Source of the DNA: Callorhinchus milii
Lineage: Eukaryota
Direction: 5' to 3'
Length of the DNA stretch: 64,000 bases
NCBI RefSeq assembly: GCF_018977255.1
Contig: NW_024704742.1
Location: 42,844,001 to 42,908,000, forward strand
The notes under the pieces were generated by a model. The model was not told the origin of the DNA, searched no databases, and was given only the letters and a program-made list of their open reading frames with translations. Shown in pieces: positions 25,803 through 37,061 of the stretch. The first letter of the stretch is position 1, and every line of letters starts with the position of its first letter. The position numbers and the translations under genes are program-made.

Positions 25803-26010
25803 CCGTGGTGGCTAAACCATGGCCCCTGGAGCATTAAGAAGTGCCCAGCCAAACATTCGCACAAGTCCTGATAAGTCTGTGTAAAATCAATATTTTGTTT
25901 CCAGTACAGTAGCTTCTGAGTAGCAATATTTATGGTGTGGTCATCAATCAAGAAATATTTAATCAAGCAAAATGATTTGGTTGGCCGACCAAAAAGGTTG
26001 GCCACTATTG
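25803..26010. mobile_element. Possible hAT-type MITE
   Basis: Imperfect terminal inverted repeats CCGTGGTGGCTAAACC / AAGGTTGGCCACTATTG. Confidence 0.45.
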
Positions 26011-26422
26011 TATTAGAATATTAAATTGATGAATCATTGAATTAAGGTGGATTTTATTATTGTTCAAAAGAGATGAAATATCCAAATAAAAAGTTATTGA
26101 AGTGGGTAAAATTGAAGAATTTGGCGATCACTTATCACTGCTCAAACATTCTCCTTGCAGTCACTTATACAATGAAATTTTCTTTGTGAAGTTTTAATAT
26201 CACCTTTAGTTTCTTCTGCCTTGGGCATGTTTGCAACTGATTTCCATTTAAATCTGTCAAAAACCTTAAGAAATAGGGAACTGGCATAAATTTTCATGCT
26301 TTTTAACTGATGGTTAGCATGTTTTGGTTGTCATTCTGAATTTCAGAAATAATACACTTTCAGTTAGAAACGTACCAGTTGAATAACTGCCTCTGGTCAA
26401 TTTCAGATGAATGACTTGCATG

Positions 26423-26913
26423 CAACAACAACAACAACAAGATTCCATTTATAGAGCGCCTTTCACTTCGGGAGGACGTCCCAAAGCGCTGGACATTTGG
26501 GTCAGGACCCGAGCAGGGGGGAAATGGTCAGGGTGAGGGGAGGGAAGGGAGGGAGCGAGGATGGGGGAAATGGTCAGGGTGAGGGGAGGGAAGGGAGGGG
26601 TCAAGGAGGGGGTAGAGAGTCGAGAGGGGAGTTGAAAGCACTGTCAAAGAGAAAGGTCTTGAGACTGGCCTTGAAGGAGGAAAGGGAGGAGGCAAGGCAA
26701 AGGCACTGGGGGATGGAGTTCCAGAGCCTATGGGCTGAGAGACTGAAGGCCCGGCCACCGATGGTAGGGCAGTTGGGGCGGGGGATGTGGAGCAGACCGG
26801 AGCCAGAGGAACGGAGGGTACGGGCAGGTAGGTAGGGGGATAGTAGGTCGGAGAGGTAGGAGGGAGCAAGGCCGTGAATGGCCTTGTAGGCAAGGATGAG
26901 GATCTTGTATTCG
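26423..26913 (-). mobile_element. L2 family A, 5'-truncated
   Basis: Reverse complement of the family A 3' end; (CAA)n at 26423; two 3'UTR repeat units. Confidence 0.95.
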
Positions 26914-27199
26914 AATGCAATATGAGTGAGTCATGTGTGCAGGACAATATTCCATGGCAAAGTTAGAATCAAGTTTGGAAGTGTAGTCCAATTCTAACAT
27001 GCTCTTGATGCTGGTATTCTTTCCCTTTTTAATCCACTGCAGCTAAACAAATAAAATTTAAAGATTAAATAAATAGTGTCTGACATTAGAAACATTACAA
27101 TGAAAGGAAAATCAAAATAATTTTTATACCAGAAATGCTTAGCAGTAATATTCAAACAAGAAGCAAAAAAATGGAAATTATCTGCCATGCTATTTAAAG

Positions 27200-27562
27200 T
27201 GCCTCTGAATCAGAAGATTGTGGGTTCAAACAGGACTTTGATCTCACAGTTTAGTCTGAGTCTAGTGCAGTGCTGGAGAAGTACTACTGTTTTGGGGGCA
27301 TTTTTCTTTGTTTCTGAGTTGAATGTAGGTGTTCAAGCCTTATGTTAGGATTTGGAACTCTAGGCTGACACTTCACTTCAACGGTAGTGAGCTCTGCATT
27401 GTCAGAGGTGTACTCCTCTTCTACCACAACTTTGTCCACCATCCTACACCCACCCTCCCTACCCTTCATCTCTCCTGATCACAGACCTCAGATCGGGTGC
27501 AAATCCTTGACTGTCCAGCGTCTTGGGACATCCTCCTGAAGGACTATACAAATGTTGTTGTT
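27200..27562 (+). mobile_element. Deu-SINE fragments followed by an old L2 family B 3' end
   Basis: GCCTCTGAATCAGAAGATTGTGGGTTCAA head and TAGGCTGACACT; then CTGTCCAGCGTCTTGGGACATCC...GTTGTTGTT. Confidence 0.6.
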
Positions 27563-29060
27563 ACAGTTTGTCTTTGGTCATCTAAGTAATTGCACATGGA
27601 GCAGTATAAACAAAGCTGAACATTTTTTTAAATTGCAGGCGAATGCCACTCAACCTAATACTACCCCACCAAAGTATGTAAAGCTGACTGGAAATGAATA
27701 ATTTCAGATGATTAAATTATAATTTTAAAAAGGCTTTTCTTAAACCATTCACTGCCCTTCAATTGCTCTAAATCAAAGAAAACAAAAACACTGCAGGAAA
27801 GCAATATACATATTTTACAGAGTCAACAGCCATTGTGGATGCTAGCATTGTTAAACGCTTTTTATATTCATACTAATTCTTTGCCAGTGTTGCTCTTCAG
27901 CACAGATTCAATGCCCTAGTGATATTAATTATAGAGGAGTACAGAAATATCAAGGCTGACAGCAACACAATAGTAAACAAACTGTTAGCAGTCTTTCATT
28001 CCAAGGATGGCTTTAATAGGCAATATATACTCAGAATGGAGGATGGTTCAGTGCTGCTGGTTTCAATTCAATCAATAAAAAGAATGGTCATTTCTGGAAT
28101 ATGATTTGTTATAATTATCCTCAACCAGTGTGAATTGCTGTCCACTTCAGAAGGGTCAGTAGATTTATTGAGCTTGGTACTCTTAGCGATAATGTTCAAT
28201 ATAGAATATAAAAACAGTTAAGAGTCCTGCTTGTTAGATAAATATTTTAAACACTATCCATGTTTCTTATTCGTTGTGTTTGTGGAGTAATTTACATTTT
28301 AAAAGGTTTTGGCCACATATCAAACTTAATTATCTTATTTTATTTGTGATATTTCATATGGGAAGCGTAACAATTCCTTGTTGGAGTGGATTTATAAATT
28401 TTTGGGACATCAAGTTAAAAGAATCTTCGATTGCTAATAAATGTGCAATAATAATTAGGCAATATATGTCAGAGCTGCCACATTTATAAAGCAATAATGG
28501 GTACCTATGAGCTGAGTAAACAATGATGCCGTAGGCTGTGTTGTTTTCATCTATGTGGAGCCATTATTTCCTCACAAATGCAACAGCTCTGAAATATATA
28601 GCCATAATAATATTTAGAAGCTATGATATTCCTGTGTCTGTAAAATAAATTTTGGCTCACTGCTTGTTAAATCATGCAAGCAGAGTGAAGAAGTAGTCTG
28701 CCATTCACTTCTATTTACCATGACAAAAAATCAGCAAACAAAAATCAAAACTTGTGACGCATATTCTGCAGCATATTCAAAGTCAGTAACACACCTTATA
28801 GTTCAGTTGACATAAATGAACTGTTGTCGTTTTACTCTCAGTTTGCAATACTCATGGTTCCTGCTTATAATATATCACAAATTGCATGCTGTATTGCATT
28901 TCATTCATTATACATTGAATGCTTTCGATAATAAGATTTTAAATGGGATTGAGAGTGAATTAAGAAGGATCTTTTTAGGAGCACTGAAAAGCGGAGAAAG
29001 AGAACTCAGGTTTAGAATTGCAAAGGGCAATTACATATCAAAACGGACTTCAGGTTGTAT

Positions 29061-29416
29061 ATAATAATAATAATCCTTGCATTTGATTTCGTGATTTATC
29101 ACGTCTTTGAGATATCTCAAAGCTATTCACAAAATATACTGTAAAGTGAACTGACTGTATATTTGCTGGGCAAAATGTGGCAGCTAATTGTATACAGCAG
29201 TGTCCCACAAACAGTTGTGGATTAAAGTGACCAATTTTTTTTAAAAAAGGAATTATTACCCCGGAAAAGCAATCCGCCAATCGTCTAACAACCGAGTACC
29301 TACTTACTCCTAGGTAAACAGAGTAAGGAAACTTGCCTAACATTTCACCCTGCCCGGAATTGAACCCAGGTTTTTCGCTTGCGAGGCTAGTGCTCTAACG
29401 CTGCTGTAGGACTCCA
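29061..29416 (-). mobile_element. tRNA-derived SINE, long form, full length
   Basis: Head at 29416 (TGGAGTCCTACAGC), middle segment, 3' module and (ATT)n tail. Confidence 0.9.
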
Positions 29417-29569
29417 GTATTGCTTTTCTCAGAGGACAATTAAAGGCTGGAGCATTTTAACAGAAAGGATGGCTGAGGACAGGATGCTGAAATCATTTAA
29501 AAGTGACGCCTCAATGCTGTAATGGGAGGACATTAGGATGGGGATTCTCGAATGATGAGGTGAATGGGT

Positions 29570-29974
29570 GTCAGCCTGGCTCAGTGGTAGCTCTCATCTC
29601 TGAATCAGAAGGTTGTGGATTCAAACCCATGTCGTGACTTGGAATCACATAATCCAATGCAGTGCTTGAGGATATGTTGGATTGTGGGAGGTGCCATCCT
29701 TCAGATGAGATGTTAAACTGAGGTCCTTCTGCCTGGTCAGGTGCAAGGTTGGAGACCCGAAGGCACTAATCTAAAAGGGAAGGTAGTTTCTCCTGGTATT
29801 CTGACCAATAAATCTCCCAAGTAAAAAAATTGGTCACTCGCTCCATTGCTATTCTTGGGACATTACTGTGCGTAAATTGGTTGCCGGGTTCATCCACAAA
29901 ATACACAATCAATCCACTTTTACGATATATTGTGTGAAGTGCTTTGAGAAGCTGTATCAAATGCAATGATTATT
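29570..29974 (+). mobile_element. Deu-domain SINE, full length
   Basis: GTCAGCCTGGCTCAGTGGTAGC head; GGAGGTGCCATCCTTCAGATGAGATGTTAAACTGAGGTCC Deu domain; same 3' module as the young SINE. Confidence 0.85.
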
Positions 29975-30232
29975 GTTACACTATGATTATCATTAAATGA
30001 GGCAAAGGGTCTTCTTCAACTAATCTCTCTTGTGAACTCTTGTGATCGTATGATTCGCTTTTGTTGTTCTTTTGCTTCTACATCCTTCAGTTAGAAGTAA
30101 GTGATTTACTTAAATTTGTCGGACGTTATTCTGAGTATTTGTGTTACTGTCCTTTTCAAACCAAATCTGGCTTGCAATATCGGCATGTTTACAGCAGTTA
30201 AGGCTATTTGGGTGGATACATAAAGGTATTGC

Positions 30233-30988
30233 CAGGGCCAGACTCACCAATAAACCAGGTAAACTATGGGTTAGGGCCCCTAGGTCTGATGGACGCCTTT
30301 ACCTCCCATCGGTCTCCATTATGAGGCTGCGCGGAGTAACAGGAAAAGGTTGCTGCTAGAGGTATGACTCGTACATTAGCCCCTTTCACCATCACTCATC
30401 GCGTTGTCTCATACAAACGGTGAAAGGCAGTGCAGTAAGTTTCGGCAAAGGGAGCACAGCTGGAGGTATGAGTCATATCTCCAGGAGGTCAAACGAGGTA
30501 AGAGGCATCTTGGAGAGCAGGAGCCATGTCTAGTAGCAATAGAGCTTAGTAATGCTGAAAAAAGATTTTGATTCAGACAATGTCGATGAATTTGTGAACT
30601 TTCTGGATTTCATATCACATATTAAGTGTGAGAAAACTCCTCAAGAATTGCTTAAGTATACGAAACAGAATCATTTGGTGGAATCAACATTTCCAAATAT
30701 GACAGTTATTCTTCGTATGTTCTTAACAATACCAGTAACAGTCTGTCACGGTAAACCCTCGTTCTCAAAGATGAGTCACATCAAAAACTCACTCAGATCT
30801 ATAGTGATCCAGGATAGAGTGAATGCTCTTGCAATTTGACACATAAATTAAGTGTTGATCATACAATTGACATGTTTGCAACTATGAATTCACTCAAAAT
30901 TTTAAAAGAGTTGCTTATTTTGTGTGCATTGTCTAAGGCCCCTGAATGTGATCTGTTTCAGGGCCTACCCATCTTTAATTTGGCCCTG
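30233..30988 (+). mobile_element. Internally deleted hAT (Tip100-like) DNA transposon
   Basis: TIRs CAGGGCCAGACTCA / TTAATTTGGCCCTG enclose a transposase C-terminal remnant. Confidence 0.8.
30552..30839 (+). pseudogene. hAT transposase C-terminal dimerisation (hATC) domain remnant
   Basis: FPNMTVILRMFLTIPVTVCHGKPSFSKMSHIKNSLRS...DRVNALAI follows the hATC pattern FPN...LTIPVT...ERSFS.L..IK..LRS, with ER degraded to KP. Confidence 0.85.
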
Positions 30989-31015
30989 GGTCTACTCAAC
31001 CACTGAGATGTTATT

Positions 31016-31090
31016 TCAACAACAACAACAACTTCCACATATATAGCACCATTCACGTAGGGTAGCATCTCAGAGCGCTTAACAGTAGCG
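31016..31090 (-). mobile_element. Short L2-type 3' end
   Basis: (CAA)n tail followed by a degenerate stem-loop; resembles 11714-11780 and 59333-59393. Confidence 0.65.
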
Positions 31091-32027
31091 TAGGCTGACT
31101 CCAAACCTGTGGGCTGGGGTGGGGAATTTATCGTAAGCACGATCGAAAACATAGTTTTCCAGTAGTTTTGCTTAGTAGTTTACTCACAGTGACATATTAA
31201 GCCATTCACTGGAACATAATAATCCAATCAGTTCAACCACTGGAAATTACCGTCTTGGCCATTATAAGCAAGGGTAAATAATAGTGCAATTATACATCCA
31301 AGAGTAAATTGCCTTCAGTGGTGGGAATGGATTGGGAAAGCAGGTGTATACTGTACTACCTGCTTCATATTGAACTACCGGGCTGAAAAAAAACAATCAA
31401 TGTTGATATTTTCAGGATGCAATATTTTAAGTTATTAAGCCAGCCACTTTGAAAACAATCCATTGAAAGTTTCATTTAATTTGACCTGACTCAAATGTGA
31501 GTTCAGTGCAATTCGATCTCACTCTGTACAGATTGTAGCAGCAGTGCGAGATATGCTGCTCCTGAAACCACATCCTCCAGGTAATCTGACTCTCTGTCTG
31601 AGACCACATCTATATGGCATTTTGCCAAAACCTCTGACATTCTCCACCAACTATACAGTATAATTTCCTGTTAGGAGTAAATGGAGAAAGCGTCTCAAAA
31701 TGTGGTAATGTTGACGATAACTTATGGTAAACCTCTTCAAAACGGACAAAAGCGTGAACCCGGACGTTCCAAAACATTACCTCCGACAAAAGGGAAAGAG
31801 GTGATACTTCACACACTTGTGAGCAGGAAGAGATCCACCATATCGTAGATTCTTCTATTCTATTTGACGAGACTCCATTAGGTCTTTCACTGGATTAAAA
31901 TGTCTTGCTCGCATAGTATAGTAAGGATAGTGACAACACGTTTAACAAAATATAAAAATTAATAATTACAGCATGAAAAGTACTTTTTGGTTGAGCTTCA
32001 TCAGATAGAAAGCCCACAATTGTGGGC

Positions 32028-32139
32028 ATTTCGCCCACAAATATACAGTCAATTCACTTTACAGTCTATTCTGTGAAGTGTTTTGAGATGTCGAGAAGAC
32101 GTGAAAAGCACTATATCAAATGCAAGGATTATTATTATT
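32028..32139 (+). mobile_element. SINE 3' fragment
   Basis: CATTTCGCCCACAAATATACAGTC...GCAAGG(ATT)n. Confidence 0.88.
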
Positions 32140-32579
32140 AAGCAGAAATATAAAGCATGTTTTAATCAATTGATATTTTTGCTGGAATTACCATGAATTA
32201 GCATAAAACCTAATTTACCTAATGAGCTATTATGAGGCTCAATCAAAAGAGATTGGAAAACACATACATGGATTTGTTTTTCCAACACACTGTTCAGTAT
32301 GTCTTTCATTATAATCTCCTATGAAGATGAAATGGGAAAGCAATGAATTATCCTAAAACTAGCCTTTGGCTGCTCTGCCTTAAATGTGCCTTAGATTTGC
32401 TGGGTTACGTCACAACCAGGCATTATGAATTTCACAGAGTGAGATCCCTACCACTGAAAAAAGTTCCTAATTGTTGCAATTCTCTTCCTTCTACTTCTGT
32501 CCCATCCCCCTTCTACTTCTGTCACATTACAAGCTAATGAGGAATGATGAATATTATTAGCAAAATTGATTAGATTGTA

Positions 32580-32860
32580 ACCTCAGTGTCTTATTCAATT
32601 TTCAATTGTCGTTTAAACCATACATTCATGCCTTGACCTGTTCAGCTTTCCCCCAATTCTGCAACGCTACCCCATGCCAACTAGCCACCGAGACCCTTAT
32701 CTATGCCTTTATCATGTCCAGGCTTGACTACACCTCCTCGGACTTCCCAACTCTTCCTTCCACACATTACAGACCATTCAGAACTCTGCATCTAGTGTCT
32801 TCTCAAGCATTAGACTCTGTGAGTCTATCACCGTGATCATTGCCTAGTTTCACTGGCTCA
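32580..32860 (+). mobile_element. Old L2 fragment
   Basis: ORF 32606-32836 contains ETLIYAFIMSRLDY. Confidence 0.7.
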
Positions 32861-32875
32861 CACAACACCCTAGAG

Positions 32876-32945
32876 CAGCGTTGTCCAACAGGTGGGCCAT
32901 GGGTGGCATCCAGCCCAGCGGGTGGTTTTATCTGGTCCGTGACCA
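32876..32945 (+). mobile_element. hAT-Charlie-like left end
   Basis: CCTAGAG|CAGCGTTGTCCAACAGGTGGGCC...CATCCAGCCC has a Charlie-type TIR preceded by a CTAGA-type target. Confidence 0.5.
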
Positions 32946-33646
32946 TTTCCAACATTACAATTTCCACTGTCTGACTCCCTGAGGAGCGTCCTCCCAGGGC
33001 ACTGGCAGGAGCCGGCGGTTGGGATGACACAGCACGGAGAGTGGAAATAATATTGGCCATTGCTGCGGTCTGTCAGGAAGGCAAGCCCCTCTGTTACCTG
33101 AGAGATCGTATCATCAAACTATCAACTAACAGCTAATTCCTGTGAAGGAGGCTCCACCACTTTTGTCTGATGAGAAAGGGGAGATGTTCAGGCTGAATCA
33201 GAGGAAAAGGAGTAGATGGGCTCTAAAGCCTTCGGATGTCTAAAATCCAGGAAGCATAATTGAACAAGAGAGAAAGCTGGGGAGTCGCTGCCTTGATGGA
33301 CTTTGTGGAAGATCTTCGATAGAGTTGAGGTAATCCTTCACTGCACTGAAAAAACAAGAAGGTACGCTGCTTGGTTGCACAAATGTAGTCTCCTCATCCT
33401 TTCCCTGCTTGAAGACACACACAATATAAGACAGTAGGAGGCAGGTAGTAAGGCACAATATGTTGAACTGTTTTTCTTGCTGTGAAGACTGGTTTGTACT
33501 GACTCCACAATGAAATTACATTTTTGTGTCACAGCATGCAAATACTCTTGATCTCAACAGTTTAATTCTTTTGTCAATCTGCCGATTGTAGCACTAACTA
33601 CTCTCCTTTATGCATTTTTTTTACATAAATCTGTATTTTAGTAATG

Positions 33647-34027
33647 TGGAGTCCTGTATCTTAGTAGTTAGAGCATTCGCCTCATAAGTGAGAGGACCTG
33701 AGTTTGATTCCTGGCAGGGTGAAAGTTAGATAAGTTTTCTTACTCCTCACACCTCTGTTTACCTAGCAATAAGTAGGAATCCAGCTGTTAATTGATTAGC
33801 GGATTGTTTTTCCGGGGGTAATAATCCCTTCAAAAAATAAATGCAATAAGAATAATTTGGTCACCCAATCCATGAGTGTTTGTGGGACACTACTGTGCGT
33901 AATTGACTGCTGCGTTTCACCCACAAAATAAACAGTCAATTCGCTTTACAGTATATTCTGTGAAGGACTTTGAGACGTTTCGAAGACATTATAAGGCGCT
34001 ATATCAAATGCAAGGATTATTATTATT
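33647..34027 (+). mobile_element. tRNA-derived SINE, long form, full length
   Basis: TGGAGTCCTGTA head, middle segment, 3' module and (ATT)n tail. Confidence 0.9.
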
Positions 34028-34314
34028 AATTCAGGTAACAAAGTTCCTCAAGCTAAATTTCCAGTAATTAACAATCTGCAGAATGTTCATTGACAATCAA
34101 CTTATCACAACTTGCAATTTTGTTTCTTTTCATTACAGAGCCTATTACCTCTAATTTATAGTAGATCACTGATTATAATATTAATACTTCACTGTCAAAA
34201 AAGTGTCAGATAATCAAAAAACATAAAAAGCTCATTCAGCTGTAACTCAATTCTACTAAATCTACTGCTAATTAAATTATTCACTTGAAATAGGTCATTT
34301 GTCCCTGTCCTGCA

Positions 34315-34502
34315 TATCACTATAAAAAATAGTGATAAAAAACTTTTATCCACAGCAGAAAATTATCTTCAACATGGCAAATGGCAATTATTTCTACGAA
34401 CCAACCTTATCACTATAAAAAATAGTGATAAGGTTTGTTCATAGAAAATCATTGCCATTTGCCTTGTTGAAGATAATTTTCTGCCACGGATAAAAGTTTT
34501 TT
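34315..34502. repeat. Long inverted repeat (arms about 80 bp) with duplicated central hairpin
   Basis: 34337-34416 is the approximate reverse complement of 34422-34502. TATCACTATAAAAAATAGTGATA occurs at both 34315 and 34408. Confidence 0.9.
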
Positions 34503-34556
34503 TTAAAAGCTATAAAAGCTGTTTTTGAATGTTAATGTAATACAACAAAGTCTGAA

Positions 34557-34865
34557 AGAATAACATAAGAACATAAGAAATGTTAGACGAAAAAAGACCA
34601 AGGTCCATCTAGTTCGCCTTCCACCTTCCTGGCAGTCGCTTGCACATATGTCCCAAACTATCTATGTACTATATCCCATAATGTTATTTCCTAAAAAAAA
34701 TTGAATCCATGTTTGAAGGAATCAACACTTCCTGCTTCACCCGTTCCCTAGGGAGCCTGTTCCACAGGTTCACTATTCACTCACTGAAATAGTGTTTGCG
34801 TAGATTTGTTCTGAATTTGACCCCATTCAATCATAGGTCGTGTCCTCTGGTTTTACTATTTTGAA
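34557..34865 (-). mobile_element. CR1 LINE 3' end
   Basis: (AACATAAG)n-type 8-bp tail; minus strand ACCAGAGGACAC (TRGH) and GTGAACCTGTGGAACAGGCTCC (VNLWNRL). Confidence 0.8.
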
Positions 34866-35748
34866 CAAGTACTAACTAGTCTGGCATCCCAATTTTCTTG
34901 ATTTTGGAAGAATAAGCTACATTTAATAACATTAAGTCAATAAGAAGCCAGGCACATTATTATTTCACATGTGGCTTGTTTATTATGATTTCTGGGATTC
35001 AAGTGCAAATTATTACACCAATGCTGAAATGTAAACTCTCGTGGGGAGAGGGAGACATTTAGCCCTGTTTTGTGTGAAGAGCCACTCGCCTCTTCCCTCA
35101 CCTCCTTCAAGGCCCAACTCAAGACCTTTCCCCTTGGGTCCTCTTTCCCACAACCTTCTGACTCAGAGGCGAGAGTGCTACCAACTGAGCCAGTCTGACA
35201 CACAATTATGCAAATTACAGTGGCAGATGGATTTTAATATTAGATATATTAAAAGACAAATGTACTGAAGTAAGAAACGGGACCTTGGATTCACATAGCC
35301 TCAGTCAAGGTTGAATAATAGAAATCTGGTGACTGATTCACATTTTTAGAGATATGCAGATTTATTTTGCGTATCATAGAATGTTTTTCTCCAACCCAAA
35401 CGTTAGGTACAGAGTCAAGCACAGCAGAGTAGGCTTCGGGTTCTGTGGAAGAAGTGTGTTTAATGAGCCAAATGACCTCCTATCCTTTTCATTCTATGGT
35501 TTTCCACATTCTTATGAATGAGTTTCCACAATTCTAATATTTCAGTAATTGAGCTGCTTAATGGTATTTTAATAGGCACCATGCAGTTAGCTTCAAATAG
35601 ATGAAGAGATGTATTCAAACTCTTAGCAACAAAAGATATCCTTAAATTGTACTGCATGGGATATATACAGCTTGACATTAAAAAGCCAAGCTGAGTGCTT
35701 CAAGAAATGTTCATCATTTCCTATTAAGTGATTTGGAATGTGAAAAAT

Positions 35749-36079
35749 CACATGCATTCGGTATAACTGCACCTTGGATCATTAATTCTTCTAGCTCTAA
35801 CAAAACTATTTACTACTACTAATTAACCAGCATCTGCTATGACATGATAAAGCACATCATTTTAAAAAAGGTTGCAGTGTAGAGTGTTCGCTAAAAAGTT
35901 TATATACTGGTGTTAATTTAATGTTCCACCACATTGAATTGTTAACCTCCTGCCCGCATTGTTTTTAATTATGTGCCTTATCATGTCTTGGCAGATGCTT
36001 GTTAATCACTAGCAGTAAATAACACTGTTACAGCTAGAAAAAATAATGGTTCGAAGTGCAGTTATACAGATTGCATGTG
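35749..36079. repeat. Fold-back element: inverted arms about 120 bp, spacer about 90 bp
   Basis: 35749-35868 aligns to the reverse complement of 35961-36079 (CACATGCA..GTATAACTGCAC..CTAGCT..AGCATCTGC..GACATGATAA). Confidence 0.85.
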
Positions 36080-36291
36080 TTGTGGTATTTGAATTATGCC
36101 ATCCGAACAGTATTTTACGATTGACTACTAGATAGGTATTTAGGAAGCTGGAAGATAAGCATGATTATGAGGTGACTGGGCACAACATGTAAAGTTTGAA
36201 TCTTGGTTGTTGTCAATGGCACAAAACAAATCCTATGACAGTCCTACTCACTTATCTCGAACCCACTTCTCTGTATATTAATATTAACAAC

Positions 36292-36485
36292 ATAATAATA
36301 ATAATAATAATAATCCTTGCATTTGATATAGCGCTTTTCACGTTGGAAGGACGTCCCAAAGCGCTTCACAGAACACACTGTAAAGTGAATTGACTGTAAA
36401 TTTGTGGGCGAACGCGGCAGCCAATTGCGCACAGCAATGTCCCACAAACAGTCGTAGATTGAAAATGCCAATTTTATTATTGTTT
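36292..36485 (-). mobile_element. SINE 3' half, young
   Basis: (ATA)n tail; plus strand AGCGCTTTTCACGTTGGAAGGACGTCCCAAAGCGCT. Confidence 0.9.
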
Positions 36486-37061
36486 TATAGACATACCATC
36501 TATGTCGACATTAACTCCAGCACATTTCGACAAATTGTTTAGGTCCCTAACAGTATTAAAGGTATTGTTTTATTACCACTTAAGTTGACAGTGTACTCTT
36601 AAATGATTATTTTGTACTTACATAACTATTTTTGTAAATAAGTTAACAAAATGTTTATAAATAAGGTAATGAAAATACATGTAAATAAATGGCTCAGGAA
36701 TTTTAATTAAACGTATGTCTTTTTTAAAATAAAGGCAATTAAATTACATGTAAATACATGGTTTCAAAATTTTAATCAGATACCTATTGTCTGCTTATGA
36801 TCACCTATGTTGACAATCCTCTTATGACGACAAAATGCAAGTCGGTAGACATAAGTGGGAAGGATTGGAATAAGTTAAATCTTTGAACTACAGTTAAGTA
36901 GCAAATGCACAAATGAAACTTAACCAAAATAGTGTATCTGGCTTGAAGTGCAGCTAATAAATAATTTATATTTCTTGAAACAGTTTCTCAATTAGTCGCC
37001 TTTTGCAAAACTGTATCTCATGAACTAAGAGTGATTGTATTTCCTCTTCACCCTGTGCAGT

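Noticed and set aside
31480..31900. Complex, CpG-containing unique segment with short ORFs
   Set aside because: No recognisable protein motif or convincing splice pair; the resemblance to a hAT transposase segment is too weak to call.
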